Shown: positions 26,626 to 41,756, counted from the first letter of the stretch. The stretch: 64,000 bases of DNA from Octopus vulgaris (GCA_951406725.2 OX597819.1:93744001-93808000), one strand, 5' to 3'. Program-made: numbers and translations. Notes: generated from the letters alone by a model not told the origin.

Positions 26626-26935
26626 GTGGAGGCATAATGGCCCAGTGGTTAGGGCAGTGGACTCGTGGTCAGAGGATCGCGGTTTCAATTCCCAGACTGG
26701 GCGTTGTGTGTGTCTATTGAGCGAAAACACCTAAAGCTCCATGAGGCTCTGGCAGGGAGTGGTGGTGGTCCCGGTTGTACTCATTTGCCACAACTTTCTT
26801 TCACTCTTTCTTCCTGTTTCTCAAGTAATGCTGCGATGGACTGGTGTCCCATCCAGCTAGGGTGGGGAACACATACGCCATAGAAACCGGGAAACCAGGC
26901 CCATGAGCCTGGCTAGGCTTGAAAAGGGCACATAA
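26626..26935 (+). mobile_element. SINE family C
   Basis: TGGAGGCATAATGGCCCAGTGGTTAGGGCAGTGGACTCG...GGTTTCAATTCCC head. Confidence 0.85.
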
Positions 26936-26942
26936 ATAAACA

Positions 26943-26985
<43 letters not shown>

Positions 26986-27274
26986 CTCGCATATACATAC
27001 ATTTATACACTCATATATACATATATATTAGGGAGAACAGAAAGAAAATCTCATTGATATTTTAAAATTTCGTATTTTCTTCAATTATTTCCATGACTCA
27101 CAAAAACATTATCAATTATATAATAATTATATCATATTAATTGTAGATATTAAACTAATCTAGTTAAAGGTGATGTAGAAGTCATTTCATTAGTATGCTT
27201 ATATATGTATATACCCATACACACACTCATGCACAAACACTCACACACACGTGCACACACACACACACATTTAC

Positions 27275-27335
<61 letters not shown>

Positions 27336-29329
27336 TGTATGTATGTATGTATGTATGTATGCATGTATGTATGAACATATATCAGTACATTAGTATACTA
27401 TTTCAGAGAAGATTTGTACTTGTGTACTTAGAGAATTTTTCAAACTTTAACACTTGTAATGCAGCCAGTTGCCAAAATATGACAGCCAAGGAGCATCCAG
27501 GAGCCATAACCTGAATGCAACCCAACCCTTTTGGAATGTAAAGAGTTAAGGGCCCAAACACTTCCATGTAAGACCTTCAGCTGTTCAACTGTCCCTAGAG
27601 TTTCTTAATATTCGTTGGCTTTAAAAGGCAAGGCAGAATCATTAGCACACTAAACAAAATGCTTAACAGAATTTTACCCATCTTTATATTCTGTGTTTCA
27701 ATTCTGCCAGGGTTGACTTTGCCATTCGTCCTTTTTGGGTTGATAAAATAAGTACCAGTTGAGCACTGGGATCGATCTAATCGACTTACATCATCTTCTA
27801 AAATTTCTGGCCTTGCGTCAAAATGTGGAGCCAATATTTGTTGGTTTAGTATTTCAAGGTCAATATCCAATCTTTAGTTTATAAGCATTTAATTTTATCT
27901 TGAGAACCATCTTACAACCTAAAAAAAGTAGCTAAATAGAATAGCTATAGCTTACAGTTTCCAAAAGCTTGTTTTTTGTTGATTTTTATTTTGGCCTTTT
28001 TTTGTGTGTTTTTCACCTAAAGAAAGAAAAGGTTTTCTAATTTCCTGATACTGTGTAAATTTTCAGAAATATTAAATCCATGTTTTCATTGAAAATTGGT
28101 CATAAAATCAGTTTTACAAAATTAATTAAAATCTAAAAAAAAAAACAAATTGAAACAATAAAAATAAAAACAAACGAAAAAAATCCATCATTGCATAGGT
28201 TATATTTGTTTGTGCAAAATTTATTTTAGTTACTTTCTTATAATTACTAAAAAAAAAAAAAATGAATTAAGATTGATTGAAATCAATGAATGACATGGTA
28301 AATATTAGCATGCTTGCTCACAGCTAAATTAAAATATTATATCAATGATTAATATTTTCTGAGAAAGAACACTTGTGATGACTGGAATAGTAACTTTGAC
28401 TTTAATCTTCACAGTAGTGTACTAAATACAGCGAAGTATTGTATTTAATACAATACCTCATGGTTCTCATTTATCATTATGTCAGGCTTGCTTTTGAATT
28501 TTTATATTTTCCTAATTTACTAGTGTCCAACATTGAACTATAACCATGGTGAAGTACTGTCTTTAAGTATCCTAATTGATCACATCAAACCTCAGTACTT
28601 AGTTCAGCCTGGTACTTATTCTATCAACATTGTGACTGGCCTTTTCTGTTTTCATTCTATTCCATGTTTATTTCATATATATATGCTGTAGTAGTAGTAG
28701 TAGTAGTAGCAGCAGCAGCAATTTCTAACATAGGTGCTAAACAACAAATTTCATAGAAGAGGTTTAGTTGATTAAATCAATACAAATACTTGAGTGAATA
28801 ATAATAATAATAATAATAATAATCATCGTTTAACGTCCGCTCTCCATGCTAACATGGGTTGGACAATAATACTGGTGTGTTTATTTTCATGGCCTACCAA
28901 TGTATGTAGTGAGTTTCTTTGCTCTAGGAGTTAGAAAGACATTCGGCAAGAAATGGAAACAAAATTGAAAGAAGATAATAATAATAATAATGATAATAAT
29001 AATAATAATAATAACAACGACGATGACGACAACGATGATAATGATGATGATTATGAGGAGGAGGAGGAGGAACAAACAAGCAAACAATTGCATAGACCAA
29101 ATCCTTGGCAGTCAAAAAATACCTATGGGTACTTCACATATTTTATGTAAATTCCTCTCCATATGAATGCAACTTACCCTGTGTTTTTATTTTTTGTACC
29201 ACAAACATCAGTGATTACAATTGATTAGCATCTTTAGATGCAAAATCTTGTCCCTTGACATTTCTGGTTGAAAGTTGGATGTAACTTGTATAAATTAATG
29301 CAAAACCGAAATATATAACAATAATGATA

Positions 29330-30105
29330 TTTCAAATTTGGGTACAAGGCCTGCAATTTCGAGGAAGAGGGTCAGTTGATTAGATTTACTCTAGTGCTCA
29401 GCTGGTACTTATTTTATTGACTCTGAAAGGATGAAAGGCAAAGTCAATCTTGGTAAAATTTGAGCTCATAACATAAAAACTGAAAGAAAAGTCACAAAAC
29501 ATTTTCTCCTGTGCACTGATGATTCTGCCAAGTCGCCACTTTGAAAATAATTTACAATTATTATTATTATTATTATTATTTCAAATTTTTGTGACAAAGG
29601 CAGCTTGGGAGAGGTATTGTTTGTTCCTTCTTGAGCCATGCCTGGCTCATAAGGGCCGGTTTCCCAGTTTCCTTGGCATATAGATTCCTCACCTGGATGG
29701 GACACCGGTCCATCGTAGGTGAGCTGCAAGATGCAGGAGGAAAGAGTATTGAGAAAGTTGTGGTGAAAGAGTCAGCAGAAGTTCGCCATTACCTTCTGCT
29801 GGAGCCATGTGGAATTTAGATGTTTCACTCATAAACACACACATCGCCTTGTCTGAGATTCAAATCTGCGATCCTTCTACTGCAAGTCCGCTGCTCTAAC
29901 CACTAGGCCATGTGCCTCCACTGGGAGAGGTGAGGATGAGTCAATTACATCAACTCTAGTATTCAGCTGGTACTTATTTTATCGACCCTGAAAGAATGAG
30001 AGGCAAAGTCGACCTTGGCGGAATTTGAACTCAGAATATAATGACAGGTGAAATACTGTTAAGCATCTTGCTCGGTGTGCTAACGATTCTGCCAGCTCGC
30101 TGCTT
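29330..30105 (-). mobile_element. cluster of two family-B SINEs, the second interrupted by a family-C-like SINE (~29620-29921)
   Basis: Reverse-complement family-B bodies at ~29330-29545 and ~29932-30105. Inner SINE flanked by TGGGAGAGGT at 29606-29615 and 29922-29931. Confidence 0.75.
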
Positions 30106-31018
30106 TGCCTAAAAATATTTGAATCTTAATAGATTTCATCAAGGGTATTATTGAATTTTAATTTTAAATTTATTTATTTATGGAAATCAGTTGAGTTTTT
30201 TAAATTTTTATCAAATGAAGAAGATAGTAGTTAATTAAGTTACCTTTTGATTAAAAGAGACCCAACTCAAAGCTCTGGTTTATGCCAAATTAAATACACA
30301 TGTACACATACACAAACAAACTTACTTAGACTGATAGACAGATGTATATCTCATGAGACTACAATTGAAGGTATGTGCCAAAGTTACCAAATGGTGAGAA
30401 CAAATGCGGAACCTACATAATAGTGAACTAAACTTCTTAACTGCACAAAAATCATGATTATTTCACAGTATTAATTAAAACACAATCAGTATTATTTCAT
30501 TGTGTTAATTAAAAAGAAATCATTATTATTTCACAATGTATAAGAGGGGAAAATGTCATCATTTGGAATCATTTATTTTCACATTTTTCAAAAGTGCATG
30601 CTTCAGTAGAGGAAATAGTCCATTACTTCTTGAGATTATGGTATAAGATAAAGTGTTTAAGTGTCTGCGAAGGTTATATTACAAAAAGAGATGGATGAGA
30701 AGGTAGCCAAAATGGAAATGATAAAAGAGAAAAGAAACTTGATAATTTGGCAATGTTCTATAGAAAAGTGTAATTCATTTAATAATGATAATTATGGGAA
30801 TGGGTGGAGGTTAGAGAGAGAGAAATCTATAAAAGGCATTTAGAAAGGTTTAAGCATAATCTTATTTGCAATGGCAAAGGGTTAATGAAGAAGAGTAAGA
30901 GAATAAGAGGAAGCAAAAACAAACAAACAAAAAATATAAAATTAATACAATTGAAACTAAAGTTGTGATTATGGTATTGAAGGGTAAACAACTGTGATGA
31001 TGTAGCTGGTAATGGTGA

Positions 31019-31181
31019 TGATGTTGGTGGTGGTGGTGGTGGTAGTGGTGGTGGTAGTGGTGGTGGTCATGGTATTGGTGGTGGGGTGAGCATAGGGTAA
31101 TAGTGAGGATATGCTTGTAGGAGATGGTTTAGATGATAATGATGATGATTATAGTAGTAATAATAATAATAAGAAGAAGAA

Positions 31182-31213
<32 letters not shown>

Positions 31214-31215
31214 AT
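31019..31215. repeat. compound GGT/GAT/AAT/AGT microsatellite
   Basis: Directly visible. Confidence 0.9.
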
Positions 31216-31453
31216 AATGGTGGCAATTTTCTTTCTTTCGTTCTTTGAGGAGAAATTGATTGGCAAAAAATGAAACTCATCATTACAAACAATGTTTAGA
31301 CCTTCTGTACTGACTCATTAAGTGCCAATTTCAATGTAATTTTGGCATCCATTGACCATTGGCTGAGTTCTATCTCCATTTTCTTTGCTGTTTACTACGT
31401 TGTTCTAATACGTTACACTACCATTTAGTTATATTATTATTATTACTATTATG

Positions 31454-31516
<63 letters not shown>

Positions 31517-32055
31517 CTTTCCCACCACAAACCTCAACTCTTGTTCTCACCTTTTACCTTCCAATTCACTGAAACACTTTCTACAAAAACAATTCTGACT
31601 GCCAAAATAGATCAGGTAATTCCTAAGTTAAAGCCCCACAAATTAATTTTGCTATTAGGATTTCAGTTAAATTCCATTCCATTAATTTTTTTTTTCTTTT
31701 AATATAACTTTATCTAAGAAACCATAGAGATGCAAGATATTAACTATTCTAGTGTAAATTCTCTCCGTTTCAAAAGATACAAGTACCCAAATTACCTTAG
31801 TGGTGGTAGTGGTTGGTAGTGGTAGACTTCATCTATTGCCTATTGAACACTACTTTTGGGTACCTTTAGTGGAGTTCATTCTGTTGCAAGAAATCAGGTT
31901 ATGGCTTTGTTTAGAGAAGTGCTAGATTTTTAACTATCACTTCTTTTCTTTTACGAAAACTTTACTAATGTCCCCTTTCCATGAGTCAACACCCCATCAC
32001 CCATTTTTAATTTACATACACAAAATATCAGGCCAAGTAATTTAATTCTGATTAA

Positions 32056-32308
32056 TAAATGTTCCTTCTCGAGCCAAGCCAGGCTCATAAGGGCCAGTTT
32101 CCCAGTTTCAGTGGCGTAGAAACTCCCCATCTGGATGGGACGCCAGTCCATCGCAGGATTACTTGTTTTTGCCAGCTGAGTGGACTGGAGCAACATGAAA
32201 TGAAGTATTTTGCTCAAGAACACAACGCATCACCCGGTCCAGGAATCGAAACCACAACCTTATGATCATGAGTTCAACATCCTAACTACTAGGCCACACG
32301 CCTTCACA
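32056..32308 (-). mobile_element. family-C-like SINE with 12-bp TSD; related copy at ~56190-56450
   Basis: TSD AATTCTGATTAA at 32044-32055 and 32309-32320. tRNA-like head on the minus strand (GGTTTCGATTCCTGG). Confidence 0.8.
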
Positions 32309-33312
32309 AATTCTGATTAAAAACTTGATATGATGATTACTTATCACAGGACCACCCTACCATAAGTTAATATTTGATGCCTCTTCTTCTGGCCTTAGCT
32401 ATTAATCCAAACCTTAAAACATAGCTGTGGCCAAACTTATGTATGTATTTTTCGTGCTTCATAAATACAATTGTAGTTAGTGAGATCTTAGGTTTCCTAC
32501 ATATAGGAAAATGTTGGTATGATTTTTGTAGGGATATCTTTGATCATAAGTCTGCTTGGAAAGGCTAAGTAACAACCATCAACTATCACTGCCACTAGTG
32601 TTGCTAAACCATTTATCAGCTTCACAATTATCCCCAAACCTTTAACAACCACCTTCAAAATAATTTTGTTTGTATTGGTTAATCAAAGAAGGAAAAGCAG
32701 CCTCCAGAACCATTTTCCAGGGATTCCAATACTGGTGAGAGGAAAGGAAATTACATTCTGTCTAGGGACTTGAACTGAATACATGTAATACAATAGACTT
32801 GCTAAAGGCTTCCAAGGTCCAGGCAGTGTATTAAACCAGCTGATCCTTTGAAGAGCTCGTACACAGCTTTCACTCACCAAATCTCATCAACTTGATTTTA
32901 GATATTGTTATTTCAACCTTGAAGGCTTATAGCTCAACCAAGTAATAACATTTATATATGGATACGTGTGTGCATGAGTGTGTATGTATGTACAATGTGC
33001 GTGCATATATTTTATATATATATATATTGCATTTATTCCCTACTAAGCTTACCTGCTATCATGCTGTTTCATGAAATATTTCAATGTAAAGAGCAATATA
33101 AATAGTGTCTTGCTATTAAAGACTTTGAGGATTCTTGTCAGGAAACCTTCATCGTTCCTGCAAACTTCATAAACCAACGGTTTATAGGTTTTGTCTTTCT
33201 CATAAGGTTTTGAAGTGAACTAATTTATAGACCTTTGCCTGGCCATAAGGTTTCAAACCATGGGATTATAATAGACCATTGCGTTTTTCCTCCCCTCTTA
33301 ATGCATATTTGT

Positions 33313-33368
<56 letters not shown>

Positions 33369-36300
33369 ACACATGCACAAACATATTGCTTCCATTTAAG
33401 GTTCCATAAACAGCAAAGAAGCATAAACAATAAAGATTAATAGCGGCTTTTCTTTCATATATTTTTCATGCTTGTTTTTAAGGGTTTTTTTTGCATAACA
33501 ATCTCTTCTTACTTATCCCCAAAGACTAATACAATGTTTAGTTCTTTCCTCATCTTTTCTTTGCTTTTTTTTTTTTTGGGTTTTTCGTTATTCTTTATTC
33601 TGAGAATATTTAAGAGAAAACGAAATAATTTGGCTATCAGCAATTCATACCATATCATACAAGAAAAATAAATCTTAAAGGTATGTGTGCATGAGTGTGT
33701 ACACGTGTGTACATGTGTGCATATACATATTATGCATAAATATATGTTTATCTTACTAAACATATAGGTATGAGTGTGTGTGTATATACATATATGTGTA
33801 TGTGTATATATATGTATATTCATATACATATATGTACATTTATATCTACATTTATATATGTGTGTTTGTACATATGTACGTGTGTGTGTGTATGTGTGTA
33901 CAAAGACTCATTGGTGAAATAGTAAGAAAAAATTGTTCATCTATCACTTCCTTAATTCCCTCCCAGCTTTGTCTTTTATGAGATTTGTCATTTTCCATAA
34001 AGGCATTCATAAAACAAACTTCAGTCTTGTTGATGTTTATGTCATCAACACTGGCTTCAGTAAATGCATCCACCCACACCTATTCCATGCTGAAGTAACT
34101 GGGGAAATGATGCAAAGATCGTTTCATAATTGGAAACCATCAGTATGTACATTCTTATACATTACAATGATCAAAAATTGAGCATGAATTTTTCTCTGTT
34201 TCCATATAATTCTGTTTTGTACAGAAATTTGTTTTAAAATCATATAGGAAATAATTAAACATCAGTGACTTTTTTTCTCTAAGCCAGCAAGCCAGAAAAT
34301 CTCTTTACACATTCCTGAATAAGATACAGATAGAATTAAAAGGAAACCTCCAAGAAATATTTAGGCTGAAATCATACTCACATTTTTGGATTCCAACACT
34401 GTATCTAACTACTTTTCTTTTGTTTTTTCTTTCTGTCAATGTATGGTAATTTTTATTTTGATCTGGAAACATAGGCTTTCAGTCTAAATACATGAAATGG
34501 CACATGAACAAACGATTTATTTTATGGGTATTGTTCGTTAGCCAAGTATTTAAACTACTCTGTTCAATTAATGATAGTTGTTTTATGAACCACATTAATT
34601 TTAAATGGGTTGGTGTTTAGATGTGTAGGCTTTTGTCTAGTTGGGAAAATTAAATTATGCTGTGTCTATATACTTAAGATTCTGTAATGAAAACTTGTAT
34701 AGCCATCTGGTGGCTTGGCAAAATCTTTAGAGCATCGGACAAAATGCCTGCAGTATTTAGTTATTGTCTTCAAAGTTCTGAGTTTCCTACCAAGGTCAAC
34801 TTTGTCTTTCAACCTTCTACGGTCGATAAAATAAACAGGATTTAATATTCCTATAAGGCATCCTAGAAGCGAATAGTATTATAATAAAAGAAAGAAGTAT
34901 CTTTCATCTTTTAGAAGTCAATAACAAAAGTATTAATTGCTCACCTGCTAGCTTGGTCAAATTTTTAGATTATTTATGTATGGAAGTAATATATGTTTAC
35001 ATACATGCATGCAAGAATACATACATACATACATACATGCATGCATGCATACATACATACATACATACATACATACATACATACATACATACACATATAT
35101 ACGTGTGTATGGACAGACAGACAGACAAATTGGCAGAATATAAGTACAGCCAGCTGTCACCCATGAGTGAGTATGGAGGGTAACATTGCTTTCGTTAATT
35201 GTTTTAAGCGTTTACATAGTTAAAAACAAACATGTATCATCTGTGTGGAAAATCCATGATGTGACAGATGGAAGGTAGGAGGCCTACTGTAATGCATTAC
35301 AGCACCCTACTCTGCCAGGTTCTGTAATGAGTACTAGCACTCTGCTAGAAATCGTTGCAATTGAGTAGACTGTAGTGCTTTGCTCAAGTTCCTTATACAG
35401 TCACACTATCTGAAATATTTCAACACCACCAAAGAAATGGTAATTCAAATCAACAGCTAAGAAAATGCTAGTTTATACTATGTGTTTGAAAAACTGATGA
35501 CAACCAAAAGTACTTGCACACAAAAATCATTAAGGTCTTTGTTACTTTCAAGGAAAAGTTTTAATATTTAATAGGTGTGTGTGTGAACATCATCATCATC
35601 ATAATAATTTATGTCCATGTTCCCTTCTGGCATAATTTGATGTGAGCAGGCCCTTATCTCATTACCCTGCAACATCACAGTTCTAACACAAGCATCATAC
35701 AATTTGCTCTTCTCTCTGTGGAAAGAAAAAAATTTTGTTACCAGTAATAGTAAAAGCTCTCTGAACTTTTTCCAACCTATTCTTACACAGGCTATTTTTG
35801 CAAATCAGTTATCTCCCTTGCAAACTACATATTCTAAGTAACAAAAGCTATTGACTACTTCTGGTGAGCTATCTGAGCATTTATTTCTGATGTTCTCATA
35901 GTACATATTGCTCCACTGAATAAGCTTCATACATATATGATACTTACTATCTTACATATGCCTGTGATTCAATGAAACCTCTTGTATGTCCATAGCTTAC
36001 ATTGGGTACAGTATATGGGGTTTATACCTACATTTTTTCTGCATATTAAGCAAAGCTATTTCCCTGAAGTTACCAAGGTCTTGTCTTCTTTTTTACTTAT
36101 TAAAACTAAGCTTTTGCTGAGATTACCTTGAGACAATTTGATCCTAGATTCATCTTCTCTAATTCTCCTATGAAAACTAGGTCATCAAAATATGAGTTCA
36201 CACAGACATCCAGTCTTAAACTCCTTTGTGTTGGCCTATAAGGCTATGATGAATAGGAGAGAACTGACGGCTACATTTTGATGGACTCGTACCCTCATAT

Positions 36301-36932
36301 CAAATTTATCACTGAAATTGTTGTTGACTCACTTTACTTACTGCATTGTGGTACATAGTTTATACAGCTCTCACAAGCTACTCTTTTATACTTACTTTCC
36401 TTAATGATCACCAAATTACTGAATGTACTATCCTGTCAAATGTCATCCCTAAATCAACAAGCAGTTGTTTAATCTTACAGTATTTGTTTTATAGAACAGT
36501 GTTGTTAAAGTACTATAACCAGCATAAGCATGTCTTTGATTGCATAGACACTCTTCAGTCATTTCATATGGGTGGTATAATGAATTGATGAATGACTATA
36601 GAAGAACAGGATTCACCACTACTGTTACCATATGATTTTTTTGACCAGAACTGATTGAGGCTTTCTACTTTCTAACAAAAGCAATTGCAGCACCTCATTT
36701 GAGTTTGTAATTAGATAAGTTTGTATGACATATGAGAATGAAAAAAGATAAGAACATTTCAGTACTGTCTCTTTAGAAAAGGAAAGAAAAATGACATTTC
36801 GTTGTCTCTGCCTCAAATGAAGAATTAGTCCTGCAAAATATCCAAACTCATGAACGTCAGTGTATAACTTTTGTGGACCTCAAACTGGCCTCAGTTTTCT
36901 CATACTTTTCTGAATTTTAATTTTTATTAATT

Positions 36933-37363
36933 ATGGAGATGTACTTGCATCACAAGGGACCTTATCTGAGATCGTGTGCTGGAAAAAAACAATTGCAGCA
37001 TGGAAGGTGTTTATAAGCCATTTAAGGAACACACAAAAACCGTTAGATTCACTTCAACATTTAAATTTAATTTGTCAAAATATTTTCGGTGCTTTGAGAC
37101 CGTGACCTGTTCACTGACAGCACGGAATTTTGTCAGTGAACAGGTCACGGTCTCAAAGCGATGAGAATATAATTTGACAAATTTAATGTTGAAGTGAATC
37201 TAACAGTTTTTGTGTGTTTCTTAAATGGCTTATAATAATAATAATAATTGTGTACAGTGCTCAGGTGCACTACAACTCATCTAAAGTGTCACGGCTATGC
37301 ATTTCACCTGGTGTGCTAACATTTAAATAATAATAATTATAAACACCTTCCACGCTGCAATTG
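36933..37363. mobile_element. foldback (palindromic) element with 17-bp flanking direct repeat
   Basis: Arms ~36987-37119 and 37131-37366 are reverse complements, with a 29-bp perfect inner stem and 11-nt loop. TTTAATTTTTATTAATT at 36916-36932 and 37364-37380. Confidence 0.8.
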
Positions 37364-37383
37364 TTTAATTTTTATTAATTTAA

Positions 37384-37594
37384 CCCTTTAGCATTGAGAT
37401 TACTGTCAAATATAATGTTTATTTATTCACATTGTTTTGAATTCATAATGCATTGTCTCTTCTAGATTTCGACTTTGATTGTATATTTCTAGAATGACAT
37501 TGTAGGGTAGGTGTGAAAGGGTAGATCTGGTTGGTTTGAACATAAAACTGGAGGAATATTTTGGCCGGATATGGCTGGTTTAAATGCTAAAGAG
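37384..37594. mobile_element. piggyBac-type MITE
   Basis: TTAA-CCCTTTAGCATT ... AATGCTAAAGAG-TTGA: TIR with TTAA-type target site. Confidence 0.7.
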
Positions 37595-37665
37595 TTGACT
37601 GTGTTTATCTGCAATAAATCTGTATGACATAGTGTTATGTTTGATTTGTGCCAAAAATATATATA

Positions 37666-37830
37666 GGCATAGGAGTGGCTGTGTGGTAAGTAGCTTGCTT
37701 ATGAACCACATGGTTCTGAGTTCAGTCCCACTGCATGGCACCTTGGGCAAGTGTCTTCTACTATAGCCTCGGGCTGACCAAAACCATGTGAGTGGATTTG
37801 GTAGACGGAAACTGAAAGCAGCCCATCATA

Positions 37831-37895
<65 letters not shown>

Positions 37896-38115
37896 GTTAG
37901 TGTGTGTTTGTTCCCCCCAACATCACTTGACATGACAAGCGATGTTGGTGTGTTTATGTCCCCATGACTTAGCGGTCCAGCAAAAGAGATTGATAGAATA
38001 AGTACTAGGCTTACAAAGAATAAGTCCTGAGGTTGATTTGCTTGACTAAAGGTGGTGCTCCAGCATGGCCACAGTCAAATGACACAAAACAAGTAAAAGA
38101 GTAATGAGAGTAAAG
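37666..38115 (+). mobile_element. SINE family A, full length
   Basis: Matches the 10255 and 14751 copies. Confidence 0.9.
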
Positions 38116-38443
38116 AGTATACTGCAGTGAAATTAAATATTATATTCTAAAATGAATATTATATATTAACTACCAAAAATTTTTTAAAGCAATATTTTCA
38201 TAACAAATGCTCATGAATCAGTCTATGGATGCCTAAACTACAGCAGTTTAGTTGATCATCAGCCAGATTTTGTCTCCATCTATATCATTGACAGCCAAAC
38301 TTAATGAAGCTTATACTATATTTCATGAGAATCAGAAATGTTCTTCCGAGTACAACTATAAGTAATTTTTTTTTTAATATCATTATTGGTGTTGAGTGTT
38401 TAATATTGGTTTCTGAGTATACACATACACACACACGTATGTG

Positions 38444-38478
<35 letters not shown>

Positions 38479-39617
38479 GTATATGTATATATACATTGAT
38501 ATATCTTTTATATACATATATATATTATATATACATATACATACATGTATACATATATATATACATACATTTTATACACAAGCACGCATATATATGTATA
38601 TAAGTGTTTGTGTGTGTATTCATCATAGTATAAGTATTTTTGGTTAAATCAAATATGCTGTCAAGCTTAACAGAATTCATTTTCCTACAGGAGAAAACAG
38701 TTTCATTTTATAACAGATTAATGATAAATTAGACCTAGGAATTCCTTGGTTCATTAGAGCACCGCTCAATACGTCCACTTTATATAACAATTTAATGCAG
38801 AATGCACTAAAGTAGTCTTTTTTAATGCTTTCTTCCAATCTGTGATTGTTATTTAAGTTCAGAATTGTAAGTTAATGAGATACTGAACAATTTTTCAATG
38901 CTCCCGCTTATGACTGTGATGAAATAAATGTAAACTCCCTAGGCAGCATAGTTAAATCTTTACATTAGATTTCTACTGCTTTGTGGTATAGAATTAATGC
39001 TACTCTGTTATTGATTTACCTGTTTCAGTCACTGGGTTACAACCACACTGAACACTTGTCTTGGTGGGCTTTTAGCTAAAGGTACTGACCCCAGCACTTA
39101 TATTTTTTTTTATTCGTTTGTTAAGTCTGGTACTTATTCTATCGGTCTCCTTTGTCAACAGTAAGCACGCCAACGCCAGTTGTCGAGCTGGTGGTAAGGG
39201 ACAAATACAGACATGAAGACACATTCACACACACACACATGTATATATGTATATATATATATATATGTCTGGATGTTTTGTGTTCTTGTCCCATTTTGTA
39301 TTTTATATATATATATATATATATATACACACGCACACAACAGGCTTCTTTCAGTCTCCATCTACCAAATCCACTCTTAAGGCTTTTGTTGGCCTGAGGC
39401 TCTAGTACAAAACACTTGCTCATAGTTTCATGGTATTGAACCTAGAACCATGAGGTTGGAAAGCAAGCTTTTTACCACACAGCCACATGCACACACATAC
39501 ACTTACACGCACATATATATGTACACATATACATATTTATATATGCACACACATATATATATACAAATATGTATATACTTATATACACACATATACACAC
39601 ACATATATGCATGCATA

Positions 39618-39658
<41 letters not shown>

Positions 39659-40622
39659 CTATTTATCTATGTATAGAGACAATGAGTTCTAGCACAGTTT
39701 GTGTTGACCGAATCCATACATAGAAATTACTTTCTCAGGATGCCACACAGTCAGAGCAAACCAAGATTCTTAAACAACACAACCATTATCTTTCCTTAAC
39801 TGAATTATTTGTATTCTTCTTTGCCGTCACAGAGAATCGCTAGCTTCCTCCGATTTCTGCTGTTTTGCAGCATATTTTTATTTTGGTGAAGTAAGCCACT
39901 GTATGTTAAGTACATTTGCTTGCAATAATAATGGGTAACACCTTGTCGGTTGAATAATACCTTGTTGATTCATCTGGTTGTGATCCTCATGAGCGATGGG
40001 ATCCAGCTGTGAAATCATTCGTTGAATACTTGGCTGAAGCTGCAGACTTTTCCTCTCCAAAACAAACCAAAAATCTGAGACGAAATGCCAGTATTATACA
40101 TTGTTGATGTTTAGCCCCCAGTTAATGTTGATCAAATGAAGCTATGCTGAAAGACAATCCAGCCATGACGATCACGTTTTTTCTTTTTCTTTTCAGAATG
40201 TGTAGGGTTTATGTGCTGGCTTCTTAACATCTGCCAGCTCACTATACAAAAGTTGCTTAGGAAATTTTTCATCATTCATTCTCACCAAAAGTTCACCCCG
40301 ACCTCAAACAACTTTGCAAAATCATCCATTCTACACCCCTACTACCACTTCTAAGTACCTCCACATCATTGATCACCATTTTCCAATTTTTCAAAAGTGT
40401 AGTAAGTCCCACATATCGCAGTTTTGCAAAAATATTTCATGCAGAAAATATCATACATGCATGGAGTTACGATTTTCTGCATCCAACAAAGTATTATTGT
40501 TAAGCTGAAACTGTTGCTAACATAAAGAGAAATGGAATGGTGAAACTACTTTCTGAAAAAAACAACGTTTTAGAGTCATGACACTTGCATAATAGCAACG
40601 ACATATATAATACCATATATAT

Positions 40623-40667
<45 letters not shown>

Positions 40668-40672
<5 letters not shown>

Positions 40673-41008
40673 AGTACCGCATCGACTGGCCTCCGTGCTG
40701 AGGGCACGTAACAAACACCATCCGAGCGTGGCCGTTCGCCAGCCTCGTCTGGCACCTGTGTCGGTGGCACATAAAAACACCATCCGAGCGTGGCCGTCTG
40801 CCAGCCTCGCCTGGCACCTGTGTCGGTGGCACATAAAATCACCCACTACACTCTCGGAGTGGTTGGCGTTAGGAAGGGCATCCAGCTGTAGAAACACTGC
40901 CAGATCTGACTGGCTTGGTGCAGCCTTCGAGCTTGCCAGACCCCAGTTGAACCGTCCAACCCATGCTAGCATGGAAAGCGGACGTTAAACGATGATGATG
41001 ATGATGAT
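40668..41008 (+). mobile_element. young (GAT)n-tailed retroposon 3' part with internal ~60-bp tandem duplication
   Basis: AAACACCATCCGAGCGTGGCCGT..GCCAGCCTCG.CTGGCACCTGTGTCGGTGGCACATAA occurs twice, then GGTTGGCGTTAGGAAGGGCATCCAGC...GGACGTTAAAC(GAT)n. CpGs retained. Confidence 0.8.
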
Positions 41009-41724
41009 ATATATATATATATATATAGTATATACATATATGATATATATCTCATAATTGTATATATAAATATATAAATATCTATGTACATGTATATATT
41101 CTTCATCATAAATTTCTTGATGTTTTTGCCATGTTCTATGACTCAACAGTTCTTTATTATAATCACTTTACTGCTGTCACCACTGTCATGGTTCCAGCTA
41201 TGATGGCCATAAATACAACACATCCATGCTGACAATTCCTATTTGTGTACACACACGTTATCGCATAATATCTAGAAATGTATTCATTGTTTTTCAAATA
41301 TCCAATAATATTTTGATTAATTTACACACACACACAAACACACAGACATATGCACAAACACACACACACTCAGCCATACATACAAACACATGCAGTACAA
41401 ATATACACATACACAAATGGTGTACATTCAGATGAAAAGGAGTGTGTACTTGTGTGTGTGTGTGTGTCTGGTGTGTGTGTGTGTGTAGTGTGTGTGTGCA
41501 CATGCGCAGCTAATATCTATTAATATACATACTTGTACACACAATATACCCAGACAGATATACGTACATAAATATATATATGTATGTGTGTGTATATATA
41601 TATATATATATATACATGTGTGTGTATATACATGTGTGTATATATATGTGTGAGTATGTGTGTATGAATGTATGTGTATATATATGCATATATTTGAGTA
41701 TGTGTGTATATACACGCACACATG

Positions 41725-41756
<32 letters not shown>

